This document shows positions 33,877 through 45,645 of a DNA stretch of 64,000 nucleotides, piece after piece; the first letter of the stretch is position 1, and each line of letters begins with the position of its first letter. A program made the translations under genes and the position numbers. This stretch comes from Selaginella moellendorffii. Taxonomy: Eukaryota; Plantae; Lycopodiophyta. Location of the stretch: positions 1,200,666 to 1,264,665 of the forward strand of contig NW_003314316.1 in assembly GCF_000143415.4 (NCBI RefSeq), written 5' to 3'. The notes beneath the pieces are model-generated. The model worked only from the letters and a program-made list of their open reading frames with translations. It was not told the origin of the DNA and made no database searches.

Positions 33877-36800
33877 GGAGGGGGTGCTGTCAGGAATCCC
33901 CCAATTCTTGCCACATTCCTGACTCTCGCCGGATTCCTGACCTACAGACCACATTCCTGACTCTCGAGACACTTCCCGATTCCTGAGTCTCGAGCCACAT
34001 TCTTGATGATGATGTGGCGCCTCCTCGACCTCAGCTGTCTTTAGGCCGTCCTCGATCCAAGAGTGGTGGAGCTTCATCAACCTATAGTATATATAGGTTA
34101 GCCTTGTTCCATTTCTCCACAATCTGAATCAACACCAGTCTAAGGCTTCTTCTTTGTTTCCACTAGCTTTTCTCTTTGTCTTTAGCATTTTCTAGTCTTG
34201 ATCTTGTTGGGGGTCTTGACAGTGCTATCCAATGAGATTGGGAAACTAGTCTCATTGCATATGCAGAGATGAAAACGATAATCCGAGTGGGTACACGTTT
34301 TGGTGCAAAGGCTTCGCAATCGTTCCTTGGGTATGGATTTTGGTTCCTTTTTGTACCATAATAATGTGAGCTTGCTCTTGGGCTCATAGGATGGATTGAG
34401 TTGTTCCGTTGCACGAGTTTTCACTTAGGCTCGTGAGTGTATTAGCAACTCAAGGTTACACTTTGAGTTGGTAGGATTAATGTTAGCCTACTAGTGGTTC
34501 CATGAGTTGCTCCTTGTACCATAGGTGAAAGTAAACTTTCCCTGGGTTTGCTATGAGTGGCAAATAGGCTGGTCCGTAACTGTTTAACACGGCACTAGTG
34601 GATCCTTCTTAGGCATGATTATAAGTGGATCAATCAAGACTATAGGGATTAATCTATTGGTTCAAGTAATCATGGCCATGCTCTTTCATAAACTTTTCTT
34701 GGATTGAATTGAAGGCAATGTGAAAGCAAGCTTGAGGTTTAGTCAAAGATGAGACCGAAAAGAGAGTCGTCAGGGATGAAGGATTAAACACGTAAATCAT
34801 TTTCTCTTCTCGGAGAGATGATTTGCAATGGTGTGACTCATTGCTCGTATTCACAATATGCAATCAAGAGTCCCTACCTTGATGCATGTTGGAAATGATG
34901 GTCTTGCAAGTGGTGAGTCATGGGATGGATAGCGGTGAAACGCTAAACCATTTTGTCTAGGCTTCCTATTAGAAGACTTGGGTTGCAATGCTTAATTCTT
35001 TTCCGGAAAACCTTGTTATTACTCCTTGAGTAGCTTGGTGTTGGATTAGTTTTGAGTTTGGTCAGAAAGAAAGTGGCATGAGTTTGTCCGTGTTGTGAAC
35101 AAAAGTTAGTGGTGTTAGGTGTTGTAAATCTCTATTGGTGGGATGTGGCATTTATGTTGCATTTTGTTGAATCGAGTTGGCATTTGATATTCACATAAAC
35201 TTTTGAAGTAATGACATTGGCAATGCTTGTGGTGTTGCTTAATTGATGGTCAAGACACTATGATTTTTATATTATATCCATGTGATAATGAGTAATGTGT
35301 TGGCAAAGTTGCTTGTTTAAACGATGATCAACCCCAAAGTGGTTGATGGTGAGGCTAGTCTACTTGCACGAAGTAGCATTGTAGTAGCTTTAACTGGATT
35401 CTCAATGGTGGTCCATTATACTAAGCTTAAGTTGGTTCTTTAGTTCCTTGAGTTGCCCATTAAGGTGTTAGAAAAGGGTTGTAACATTCATTTGCTATGG
35501 CTTGTTCGTTTATCTGTTAGCACTTGGAGTAAATTGTTGGATGGAGAAGGTGTGTAGTTAAGGCATTAACATCGTTAGCACTTGTGTTAGTGGAAGTGGC
35601 ATTGTTGATTCGAGTGATAAGGAATTTTCCTTAAACCTTGAATTTTCATATCATTTTTCTTGTTAGTGTTTGGGCTTCACATCAGATCTTGAAGGTAGTT
35701 GAAGAAGAGTGTTAGTGCAATATGGATATCTGAAGATATGGTCTTCATGATCAAGCCTTAAATGTTCATTTTGCATTTTGCGGATTTGGATGTTGGAAAA
35801 ATGGGCAAAGATGTTCGATGCTTAAGCATGCTATTGGGTCATGAGAATTTTTGTTGAGGTGAACCTATGTGAAGTTGTTAGTAAAAGGAATTTGATTGAG
35901 TCTTGAAAGTTTGCATTCCTGGACTGAGAGTCATTCTTTCTTTAGGATGGAAAATTTTCCACAAATTTTCTTAGGCTTTTCCAATGGCTGATCTGTTGAT
36001 CACTTTGTCCGCAAACCATTCCATTTTCGTAAGCCAATATAAACTAGTGAAGGGGTTGGAGTTGACTTTGGTTGGCTTAAACCTTAGTCGGTAGTTTGTA
36101 TGATGTGGCTCGAAAGGGATGCTAACTTTAGGGCTAAGGTAATTGAGTTGGATAGAGTCTAGAGTTGGTGTAGAAAAGTGGCCGTTGCACTTTTCTAAGA
36201 AGGGTGACCCTTGTGCCTTTTTTCTGTAGCGTTATGTTTGGTGGCAGGTTGCACTTTGCATTTTGATAAGACTCCATGAGAGTAGTGAGCTCTCACTGAT
36301 CTTGATTTAGTCTTAGTGGCCCTGTGCTTTGGCTGAGGATAGTGATGTCCAACTTAGTTGTTCGAGGTTAAGATGTTGGTACCTATACTATAGCTTTGTC
36401 TATGAGGAGGTTGTGTACCTATATGAGTTCATTTCATGGTCTTCACTTTAGTTTCGACTAAGTGTTGATCGTGCATAGCTAGCCTCTTCAAGGCATGCTC
36501 AAAGCTAGTGGCTAAATGCATTAGTGAGCTTATTGCAGTTGAGTTAGATTCGAGTAGTCATTTAGTTCATGCTTGTCCATGAACCTTTATCTTGTACTTG
36601 AGATATTACATTCATGTTGGATGAGTATATGACTTAATGACGTGAGTTTAATGTTTGGGTCTTATGAAGGCAAGTTAAAAGGTGATTGTTGGTTGTTTTG
36701 CGACTAGTGATTACTTGTAAACTTTGTCAAGGACTTTTGACACTTGCTTCACTCGATGAAAATTTATCAGAGATGGGTTTACTTTATTGGATGATGTTGT

Positions 36801-37191
36801 GGAGGATCGTGTTGTTAGACTTGCATGGTTTTTCTATGTTGGCATATCAACTTTACTTCTGTTGATATCATTTGGTTGCATTTAGTTCGTGGTGTTAGAT
36901 TTCGTTGAGTCTTAGATATGGTGAATCACTTCTTGATGATGTGTTATCTGTAACTGAGTATTATTGGAGGATTAATCTCAGATACTGACTAAAATATCTT
37001 CGACTCTAGTTAGCTTGATTGCAAGAGAGTTTTGAGAGGTGATTCACTCTTGCTTTCTTCTAGCTTTGTTCTAGTGTTGATGGCATTAAAGTGATGCTTT
37101 GTCGTTAACATTGTTGTTGTTGAGATTTGAGTGAAATGAAATGTCTCTCTGAGGATTGATATTAAGTTTCATCAATCTCGATGAAGATAGT

Positions 37192-37696
37192 TGTAAGCCA
37201 CAATTTCCTTTCCAATTTGCCAGCTTACCTCGTCTATCCGTCCAACACTCCCTTGGCTTTTGCTAAGTTCCCTTACCAAAGTTCTCGCCTATGGTACCAG
37301 CTCCTACTTGGTCTCAGCTACTCACTGCACAAGCAACAGAGGGTTAGCCATCCATCCACGGATTCCCAAATCACCCCCAATCCCCCTCCCCGGGTTAGAC
37401 TGGACTTAAGGTTCGGCTACACTCCCCGCAAGCACAAGCAACCAAGCACACCAAGCTTCCAAGTTCCTAACATCCCTTGGTACCACAAGACTTGATCATG
37501 GGACCCTCTAAATCCCAAGTCTTGAGTGCAACACTTGCTTCGGGATGCCGGGGCAAAACACCGTGGCCTAGCGGCCCGGTATGGGTACCTCTACCCCCCA
37601 CTTCCATCCCGAAGGAAGGCCCAAGCCCCTAGGCAGGGCGAGGACCAATGAGTACCATGCGACCAATGAGCCGCATGGTACTCAAGTGGGGCACCA
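37192..37696 (-). mobile_element. Partial family C LTR
   Basis: Closely matches 38878-39369, from TGTAAGCCAC to GGGGCACCA. Confidence 0.85.
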
Positions 37697-37698
37697 AA

Positions 37699-38008
37699 TG
37701 TAAGCTCCTGAATTTGGACTTCCCGGGAGGTCACCCAGCCCAGTACTATTCAATCCCAAGGACGCTTAACCCCAAGTATCCCAAGACCCTTAACCGATTG
37801 AAAAAGGGGGTGCACTTTTATTCATGGGCCCTTTCCCTCTATATTTGAACCCCTATGGATCGTCTCTCGAATCGTTCTCTTTGGTTGCTTACAATCTACC
37901 ATGCTTTCCTGCAAGTTCACGCCCTCGTGAACGGAAGCTGAGAGCCGCAGCTCTCCCGAGAGCCTCGCTCTCTTGACACCCTACCCCTCGGGTCAAGCCC
38001 AGCAGGAG
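37699..38008 (-). mobile_element. Cassandra LTR (37699-37893, best-preserved 5S segment 37716-37770) plus part of the interior
   Basis: Reverse complement GTTAAGCGTCCTTGGGATTGAATAGTACTGGGCTGGGTGACCTCCCGGGAAGTCC resembles the plant 5S A-box/IE/C-box; interior matches 13964-14078. Confidence 0.88.
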
Positions 38009-39661
38009 TCAAGAACACTGCCAAGGAAACAACTCTAGAAAAAGTTTATGGTATTCACACTTTGTGAGAAATGCACCAACTTAATTAAGTTAGGGTAACC
38101 TCTTTATCTAATGCGGATGCGCTACCAACTCATACACCTTTCAACCGTCACTGATAAGGAAATAACCTGGATTGTTTATTCAATAAAAATTATACATCTC
38201 TCTATTGATAAAATAATTGATGATTTTTTATAATAGTTAGTTGTTCTCTTTAATGGTTTATGGTTTTTCACATTATCATATATTCTTTGTGGTTTGCTCT
38301 AGATTAATCTTTTGGGTTTGAGCTTGTTGGTTGATGATACTTGTGTTTTTTGAGTTGTCTTTGGTAAATTGTTTAGCATGCTATCTACAATCTTTGGTAG
38401 TTAAGTTTTATCATTGAGTTTCTTGATGATTTACTTGCTATTGAATTTTGTTAGATGGTTAATTCTATGACCTTAACCTTGATCTTGGTGGTTCTTATAC
38501 TATAATACTAGTTTATTGGATGATAACTTACTTGGAATACTTTTGTGTTCTATTTTAAGATTTATTCACTGATAATTAAGTTTCCAAGATATCATTTTTT
38601 CTAACTTTGATATTGTCCATATATTGATCTTTAAGTTTGGGCCATAGGCAAATTGGCTTCGGCACTTTGTGTGCATAGTGAAATGTTTAGTCATTGGGTA
38701 GTTACTTTCGACTGGTCACTTCACCTGCCTTTCTGTTGATGTTCCCTATTTCATTTAAAAAAGGGCATAACCGTATAAATAACTCTAACTATCTATTTAT
38801 TTTAGTCTATCTAAACCTTACCGATGAGTTTGGTTTCTTTACTTATGAGAGTTGGGGATAACAGAGTTAGCCACTTGTGTAAGCCACAAATTTTTCCTTT
38901 CCAATTTGCCAGCTTACTTCGTCTATCCGTTCAACACTGCCTTGGCTTTTGCTAAGTTCCCTCGCCAAGGTTCTCGCTTATGTTACTAGCTCCTACTTGG
39001 TTCTACTTGGTTTCAGCTACTCACTACACGAGCAACGGAGGGTTAACCATCCATCCACGGATTCCCAAATCTCTCCCAATCCCCCTCCCCGAGTTAGACT
39101 GGACTTAAGGTTTGGCTACACTCCCCGCAAGCACAAGCATCCAAGCACACCAAGCTTCCAGATTCCTAACATCCCTTGGTACCACAAGACTTGATCATGG
39201 GACCCTCTAAATCCCAAGTCTTGGGTGCAACACTTGCTTTGGGACGCCGAGGCGAAACACCGTGGCCTAGCGACCCGATATGGGTACCTCTATCCATCCC
39301 AAAGGGAAGGTCCAAGCCCCTAGGAAGGGCGAGGACCAATGAGCCGCATGGTACTCAAGTGGGGCACCACTCCACATGAGCCGGGAGCACTGCAGTCGGT
39401 TTCCCTTTCGGGAGTGGGAGCTGCTCTTGAGCACTTTCTTGGATGGCCCCTCCAGCACCAACCAAGTCCATGCTCACTCCCACCCAAGGCCCCTCGGTCC
39501 CAATCTCAACCTCAAGTCAGTTTGGAAGCCCCATTGGAGAGTTCCTTCAAAACTGGATCCTAGACCTCACTATCTCTACTATACTTTTGGAACCCGCTGC
39601 AGCCCCTCCCCCCCTTTGGGAGACACATGCTTTGGGCTTTCACCCCTTGACCCGTATTAGT

Positions 39662-39930
39662 ACTCGGACTCGGTCTTGGACTTGATCTCGGACTCAATCT
39701 CGGACCCGACTTTGGACTCGGTCTCGGACTCGATCTCGGACTCGATCTCGGACCCGATCTCGAACACGACTTCGGACTCGACCTCGGACTCGGTTTCGGA
39801 CCTGATTTGGATCTCGGACTCTGTCTCGAACTCGGTCTCGAACTCGGTCTTCGATTCGGCCTCGGACTCGATCCTAGACTCTATCTCGAACTCGGTCTCA
39901 AAGTCGGTCTTGGACTCGATCTTTGACTTG
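39662..39930. repeat. Degenerate 6/12-bp minisatellite (CTCGGA/CTCGAT/CTCGGT) in LTR-C
   Basis: GGACTCGATCTC-type units. Confidence 0.9.
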
Positions 39931-40449
39931 GTCCCATCCGATGAACTCTTTGTCATTTTGGTCATGCCTTTGGGGATCCTTTAGCATATGACATCTCGGC
40001 GAGTTGGTTCCTTACAATTCCACCACCCATAGAAGAAGTTCGATGCCCACATCGAACGTCTCTCTTTTTGATCCTACGACTTGTTGACTATGTCTCCGGG
40101 GGCATCCCCCCACTTAGCGGTGTGCCTAAGTTAGCCTCCTTGGCCAAGAGCCCATGACAACGGAATATAGGTGTCCCTATACTCCTCACCTCACCACGCC
40201 CTAGTATGGGGTCGGGACTTGAACCCAACCTTGCTTTACTAGGGGGTTGGGACTCGAACCCAACCTCCGTAGAATACGTTTACGGATTTGACATCCCCGC
40301 AGGGAGTTGGGCGTAGTTCCCTACGCCTGGTCGACCTAATTAACCCATGCTAATTAGCTTACCTTTAGCGCGCCTTCGGGTCCCAACATATGCCATTGCT
40401 CAACTTCACCAATTGATACTTTTAATTGAACTTTGCATAAGTACATAGA

Positions 40450-43400
40450 GTTCTACCTTGCAGAAATTCCTCCACTAGGTCTCACGCGTTCGCTAGGTTC
40501 TCCTCCGGTTCCCACATTGCTTCGTAGTGTGGAAATCCTTTCCACTTCACATGGAACTGTCTCACTTCGTGTCCTTGTCACTTGCTCCTGCACGCATTGA
40601 GGATGGCCTCGACTTCGTATTCCTCTTCCCCTTGGATAACCTCAAGTAAAGGCCTTACTTGGTCCTTGCAAAGCGGATCCTCAAAGTACAGCTTGAGTAA
40701 GTTCACGTGGAACACGGGGTGCATTTTCCCCATCTCTCGAGGAAGTCGGAGATAGTAAGCCACTTTACCGATTCGTGCCTCAATCTCATAAGGCCCCGTG
40801 AACTTGCTTAAGGAACTCAAGATCAATTCATTTATGGAATACATGCATTTTTACCTTTGGGTCAACTTCCAACTGATCCCACTTGGTAATCTGAGGTTCT
40901 TGGTGTTCAGCCACACCTTCTCCCCAGCTTGGAACTCTACATCCCGACGCTTCTGGTTCGCATATTTGGTTTGCCTTTGTTGAGCTCGTTCCAAGGAATC
41001 CCTCACTAGATTCCAAATGTTGAGTCTTTCCACTGTGAATGCCTCCACTGCAGGTAACTCTCCATGATACTCGGCCATGCCGAGCTCCACAGGACCTTCA
41101 ATAGCTCGCCCATTGATGACTTCCCATGGACTCACCCCGATACTCGAATGTGGTGAGTTGTTATAACACATTTCCGCAAGTCCTAAATGATTTACCCAAT
41201 CGGTCTGGTCTCCCGAGACATAGCATCGCAAATAATCCTCCAGCTGTCTATTCACCCTTTTCGTTTGTCCGTCTGTCAAGAAGTGTTAGTGCCATCAAAC
41301 TTGACTTAATACCCCATACTTGTCTGTGGGTGATAGGCTGTGTTGAATTTCAACTTGGTGCGCTACTGTTCCAAAAGAGTTCTCTAGAACCTACTGGTGA
41401 AGATCTTATCTTGATCTGAGATAATCTCTTCTGGCCTCCCCCGCACTCGAACTACTTGTTCGAAGAACAGCTTTGCCACACCTTCCGCATCCACTTCTGT
41501 TGTGGTGGGTATGAATTGTGCCATCTTCGAAAATCGGTCCACCACCACGAATATCGCATCAAACCCCTCGCTTGGGGGTAGTCCCGTGATGAAGTCCATC
41601 GTAAGACATTTCCACGGACGATCTGGAATTGGGATGCTTTGCAACAAGCCCCCACTAGCCTTAATCACAGCTTTGACCTGCTGACATGTTGGACATATCT
41701 TTACATAATCTTGGATGTCCTTAGCCATATCTGGCCAATGATACTTCCTCTTGAGTAAGCCTATCGTTTTGGGCACTCCGCCGTGTCTCGCAAGAGGTCC
41801 ATTATGACACTCCTCTAAGGCTACATTCCTTAGTTCCCCTTCTAGGACATACACCCTCATTTGCTTGTAATAGATGAGTTCATTGCGTTCCGCATAGCCC
41901 ATTTTCTCTTCCATTGGCAGCTCACCTCTCTGGTGAGCTTCCCGTGCCTCCAGATTCCACAGCAACACTTCTTGTGCTAGACCATCGTTCTCATATACTG
42001 TCCACACATCATCCCAAAATGTTGCTGTTGCACTGGATATTGCCAACTTCGGGCTCGCTTTTTGACTTAGCGCATCTGCCACGATGTTGCTCTCCCTAGG
42101 CTTATACAGAATCTCGCAATCAAACTCGGCCAAAGCATTGGTCCACCGACCTTGTTTCCCCCTCAGGCCGGGTTATGACAAGAAGTGTTTCGTTGCCACA
42201 TTGTCCATATAAACTTTGAAGTGTCTCCCAAGGTAGTGTCTCCACTCCTTGAGTGCCTTGACCACCGCAAACAATTCCTTCTCATGGGCAGGCCACTTCC
42301 GCTGAGCCTTGTCGAACTTTTTCAAGAAGAACGCTACTGGATGGTTGTTCTGCTTCAACACTGCGCCTAACGCAAAGTCCGAAGCATCCGTTTCTACCTC
42401 AAAGTCCTTACCAAAATCTGGTAACGCCAACACTGGAGCTTTCCTCAATATCCCTTTGAGGTGGACAAATGCCGCCTCACACTTCACTATCCATACCATC
42501 TTCCCTTTTCCCGTTTGGTCTGTTAAGGTAGGGCTACTCTCGAATAGTGTCTGATAAACTTTCGATAGTAGTTGCATAGCCCCAAGAATGCCCTTAACTC
42601 GTGTACATTCGATGGTCGCTCCCAATCCTGGATCACTTGGACTTTCTCAGGGTCCACTTTGAGCCCGTCCTTGCCCACCACATGCCCGAGAAACTTTACC
42701 TCTTGTTGAGCAAAGTCACATTTGCTCTCTTTAGCATACAACTGGTGTTCCCTTAGTTTCTCAAACACCTTCTTTAAGTGTTTGGCATGCTCCTCTAGCG
42801 TTTCGCTATAGATCAGGATGTCGTCAATATAGACGACCACAAAATGATCCAAATAGAGTACAAAGATATGGTTCATCAATGCCGAAAACGTTGCCGGCGC
42901 ATTGCATAGCCCGAAGGGCATCACCAGAAACTCGAAGCTCCCATACCTTGTTCGATAGGTTGTCTTCTCGACATCTTCCTCTGATACCCTGATCTGGTAG
43001 TATCCTGACCTTAGGTCAATCCTTGAAAAGTATTTTGCCTTTCCCAACCTATCGAATAGGTCCTCAATCCTTGGCAAAGGGTACTTGTTCTTCTTTGTAT
43101 ACTTGTTGAGCAATCAGTAGTCTATGCACATGCGCATAGATCCATCTTTCTTTTTCTCAAATAGCACTAGTGCCCCATACGGCGACTTGCTCAACCTAAC
43201 ATACCCTTTTTCCACCAACTCCTCTAGTTGGCACTTGAGCTCCGCGAGTTCTTTTTCGTTCAAACGATAGGGGGGACGAACCACCGCCTCAGCACCCTTG
43301 ACCAACTCAATCTTATGTTCTATCGGTCGTGCGGGGGGCAACCCCGCCGGTAGCTCCTCCGGCATGGTATCCCGGAATTGGTCCAACACCTGCTGGATCA

Positions 43401-45060
43401 CTAAAGGTACTTCTTCCGTTCCTGTCTTTTTGTCACTCCTCACTGAGAGTAAGCACAAAAATGCAACCTTGGTCCCTTTAGTGAGTTGTCCTCTCGTGGA
43501 CACCCGGTTTAAGCACGAATCTTTGGCCTTGCATTGCCCTACCTTTAGATCCTGGGCTTCCACCCTGGATCTTCTTCCTTGGGCATTCGCTAGTACCACA
43601 AGGTTCTTACCTTGTCCATGCAGGGTTACCATGAACCGATTGAACCAATCCATCCCGAAGATCACGTCAAATTCTGCCATGTCCAACACAGTGAAATCCA
43701 TGTCCACTTTCCAAGTCCCTACTTTGACTCTCGCTTGTCGAAGTACCTCATCAGTGCTTTGGCTACCTTGAACAAAATCTATAGTCCTTGGTTCACTTAG
43801 CCACTACACCGTTAGTTTGGCTTGCCGGACTATGTCTACAACCACAAAATTATCCGAAGCACCCGTGTCAATAAGGATCTTAATAAAGCTACCTCCGAGC
43901 TTCCCTCGGAGGGCTAGTAGATGTCGCGAACGACTCTCTACCAAAGTTGCTCGTATAATGAGTAACTTTGAGCTAGGGATTGGATCACATACCTCAGTTT
44001 GGACTTCACCTGATTTAATAGCCATATTAGCTCTGGCCTTCTTTAGGTAGGGACATTCCCTCGAAAAGTGTCCTGCTTCACCGCAGTTATAGCATACGTT
44101 ATTTCCCACGCTGCTAAACAACTTGACCTTTTTATCCGTGGGTTTGTCTCTTTTTGCTTGACTCCCCCATGTACTTGCTCGCTGGCCACCAGATTTGCCT
44201 TTCCGGAACCCCGAGGATTCATTTTTAGAGAAACTCTTCTTGAATTTCCCTTTGCTATAAGTTCCCCTTGGTTTGGCCCCTTTGCTAAACGTGGACCCCG
44301 ACCCCGTCGTGTTTCCCTTTTGCAAGTTATCGTTGAAATGCACCTTGATAGCCGCATCCAATGCTTCTTTGTAATTGGTCGGGTTCCAACGCATCACCTT
44401 GCCGCGAGCCCAGGTTTGCAAGCCCGCTATGAAGGCATGGAACGCATCCATATCCCCCATGTCCATGACAAGTATCCTCTTTGCCATAAACCCATTCATA
44501 TACTCCTGAATGGTTCCGGTCTGCTTCAGCCTACTCAGCTCATCTCTTAGATGCAGAGTAGCATTTGGAGGAACGTAAGTCGCGTGGATCCTCGCTTTCA
44601 TCATGTCCCAAGTGGCCACTGGTCCTTCGTTGGCCTCCATTATTCTCCACCAAGACTTGGCATTATCTACCAAGTATGGTTTTGCACATGGGACCTTCTC
44701 CAAGCTCGGTAACCGCAACGTTCGGAAGTAATCTTTCATATCGTAAAACCAATCTTCCACCACCTTATAGTCATTCACTCCCTTGAAGACCAGTGGGGGC
44801 TTTGGTTTATACTTGGGAACAGCTTGAGGGACTGATTCCACTTCGGTCTATTCGACCTTGTTTGGTTCTGCCTCAGTCCCTACTGAAGGGTCCGCACCTT
44901 CTGCACTGCCAACATCCGTAGTCTTTCGCTTTTTCTTCCGCTTCTCGTCATGCTTTAGTTTGCGTAAGAGAGTCTCCAGCAAGGCATTGGTCTATGCCAA
45001 CTGTCCTTCTAGAACGTCCAATCGAGCCTTAAACAACCGAACCTCGCCACCAGATTCCTG
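40450..45060 (-). pseudogene. Family C gag-pol
   Basis: Fragmented ORFs 43804-44841, 43114-43707, 42523-43113, 42173-42625, 41384-42133, 40851-41279 and 40578-40844. Confidence 0.88.
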
Positions 45061-45353
45061 TTTTCGGGAGCACTACAGTCGGTTTCCCTTTCGGGAGTGG
45101 GAGCTGCTCTTGAGCACTTTCTTGGATGGCCCCTCCGGCACCAACCAAGTCCATGCTCACTCCCACCCAAGGCCCCTCGGTCCCAGTCTCAACCTCAAGT
45201 TAGTTTGGAAGCCCCACTGGAGAGTTCCTTCAAAACTGGATCCTGGACCTCACTATCCCTACTATACTTTTGGAACCCCCTGCAGCCCCCCCCCCCCCCC
45301 CCCCCCTTTGGGAGACACACGCTTTGGGCTTTCACCCCTTGACCCGTATAAGT

Positions 45354-45645
45354 ACTCGGACTCAGTCTCGGACTCGATTTCAAACTCGATCTTGGACCCG
45401 ACTTTGGACTCGGTCTCGGACTCGATCTCGGACTCGATCTCGGACCCGATCTCGGACCCGATCTCGGACTCGACTTCGGACTCGACCTCAGACTCGGTCT
45501 CGGACCCGATTTGGATCTCGGACTCTGTCTTGAACTCGGTCTTGAACTCGGTCTCGAACTCGGTCTCCGATTCGGCCTCGGACTCGATCCCGGACTCTAT
45601 CTCAAACTCGGTCTCAGAGTCGGTCTTGGACTCGATCTTCGACTT
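45354..45645. repeat. Same minisatellite in the other C LTR, with more units
   Basis: As 39662-39930. Confidence 0.9.

Larger units (their letters stand above)
28676..34221 (+). mobile_element. Ty3/Gypsy chromovirus B2 (Tcn1/Tf1-like), apparently intact; LTRs 28676-29061 and 33888-34221
   Basis: TSD GTGCT on both sides; TG..CA LTRs; PPT GAGGAGGGGGTGC; open gag and open pol. Confidence 0.96.
27510..37191 (+). mobile_element. Family A copy 1: 5' LTR 27510-28641, iMet PBS, non-coding interior; hosts B2; 3' end lost
   Basis: LTR followed by TTTGGTATCAGAG; interior 34227-37190 is collinear (reverse complement) with the corresponding parts of 45800-49640 and 57000-59760. Confidence 0.85.

Noticed and set aside
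37716-37770. 5S rRNA gene
   Set aside because: Only the ~55-nt internal control region is present, embedded in an LTR; the 5S 5' end and the T-run terminator are absent.
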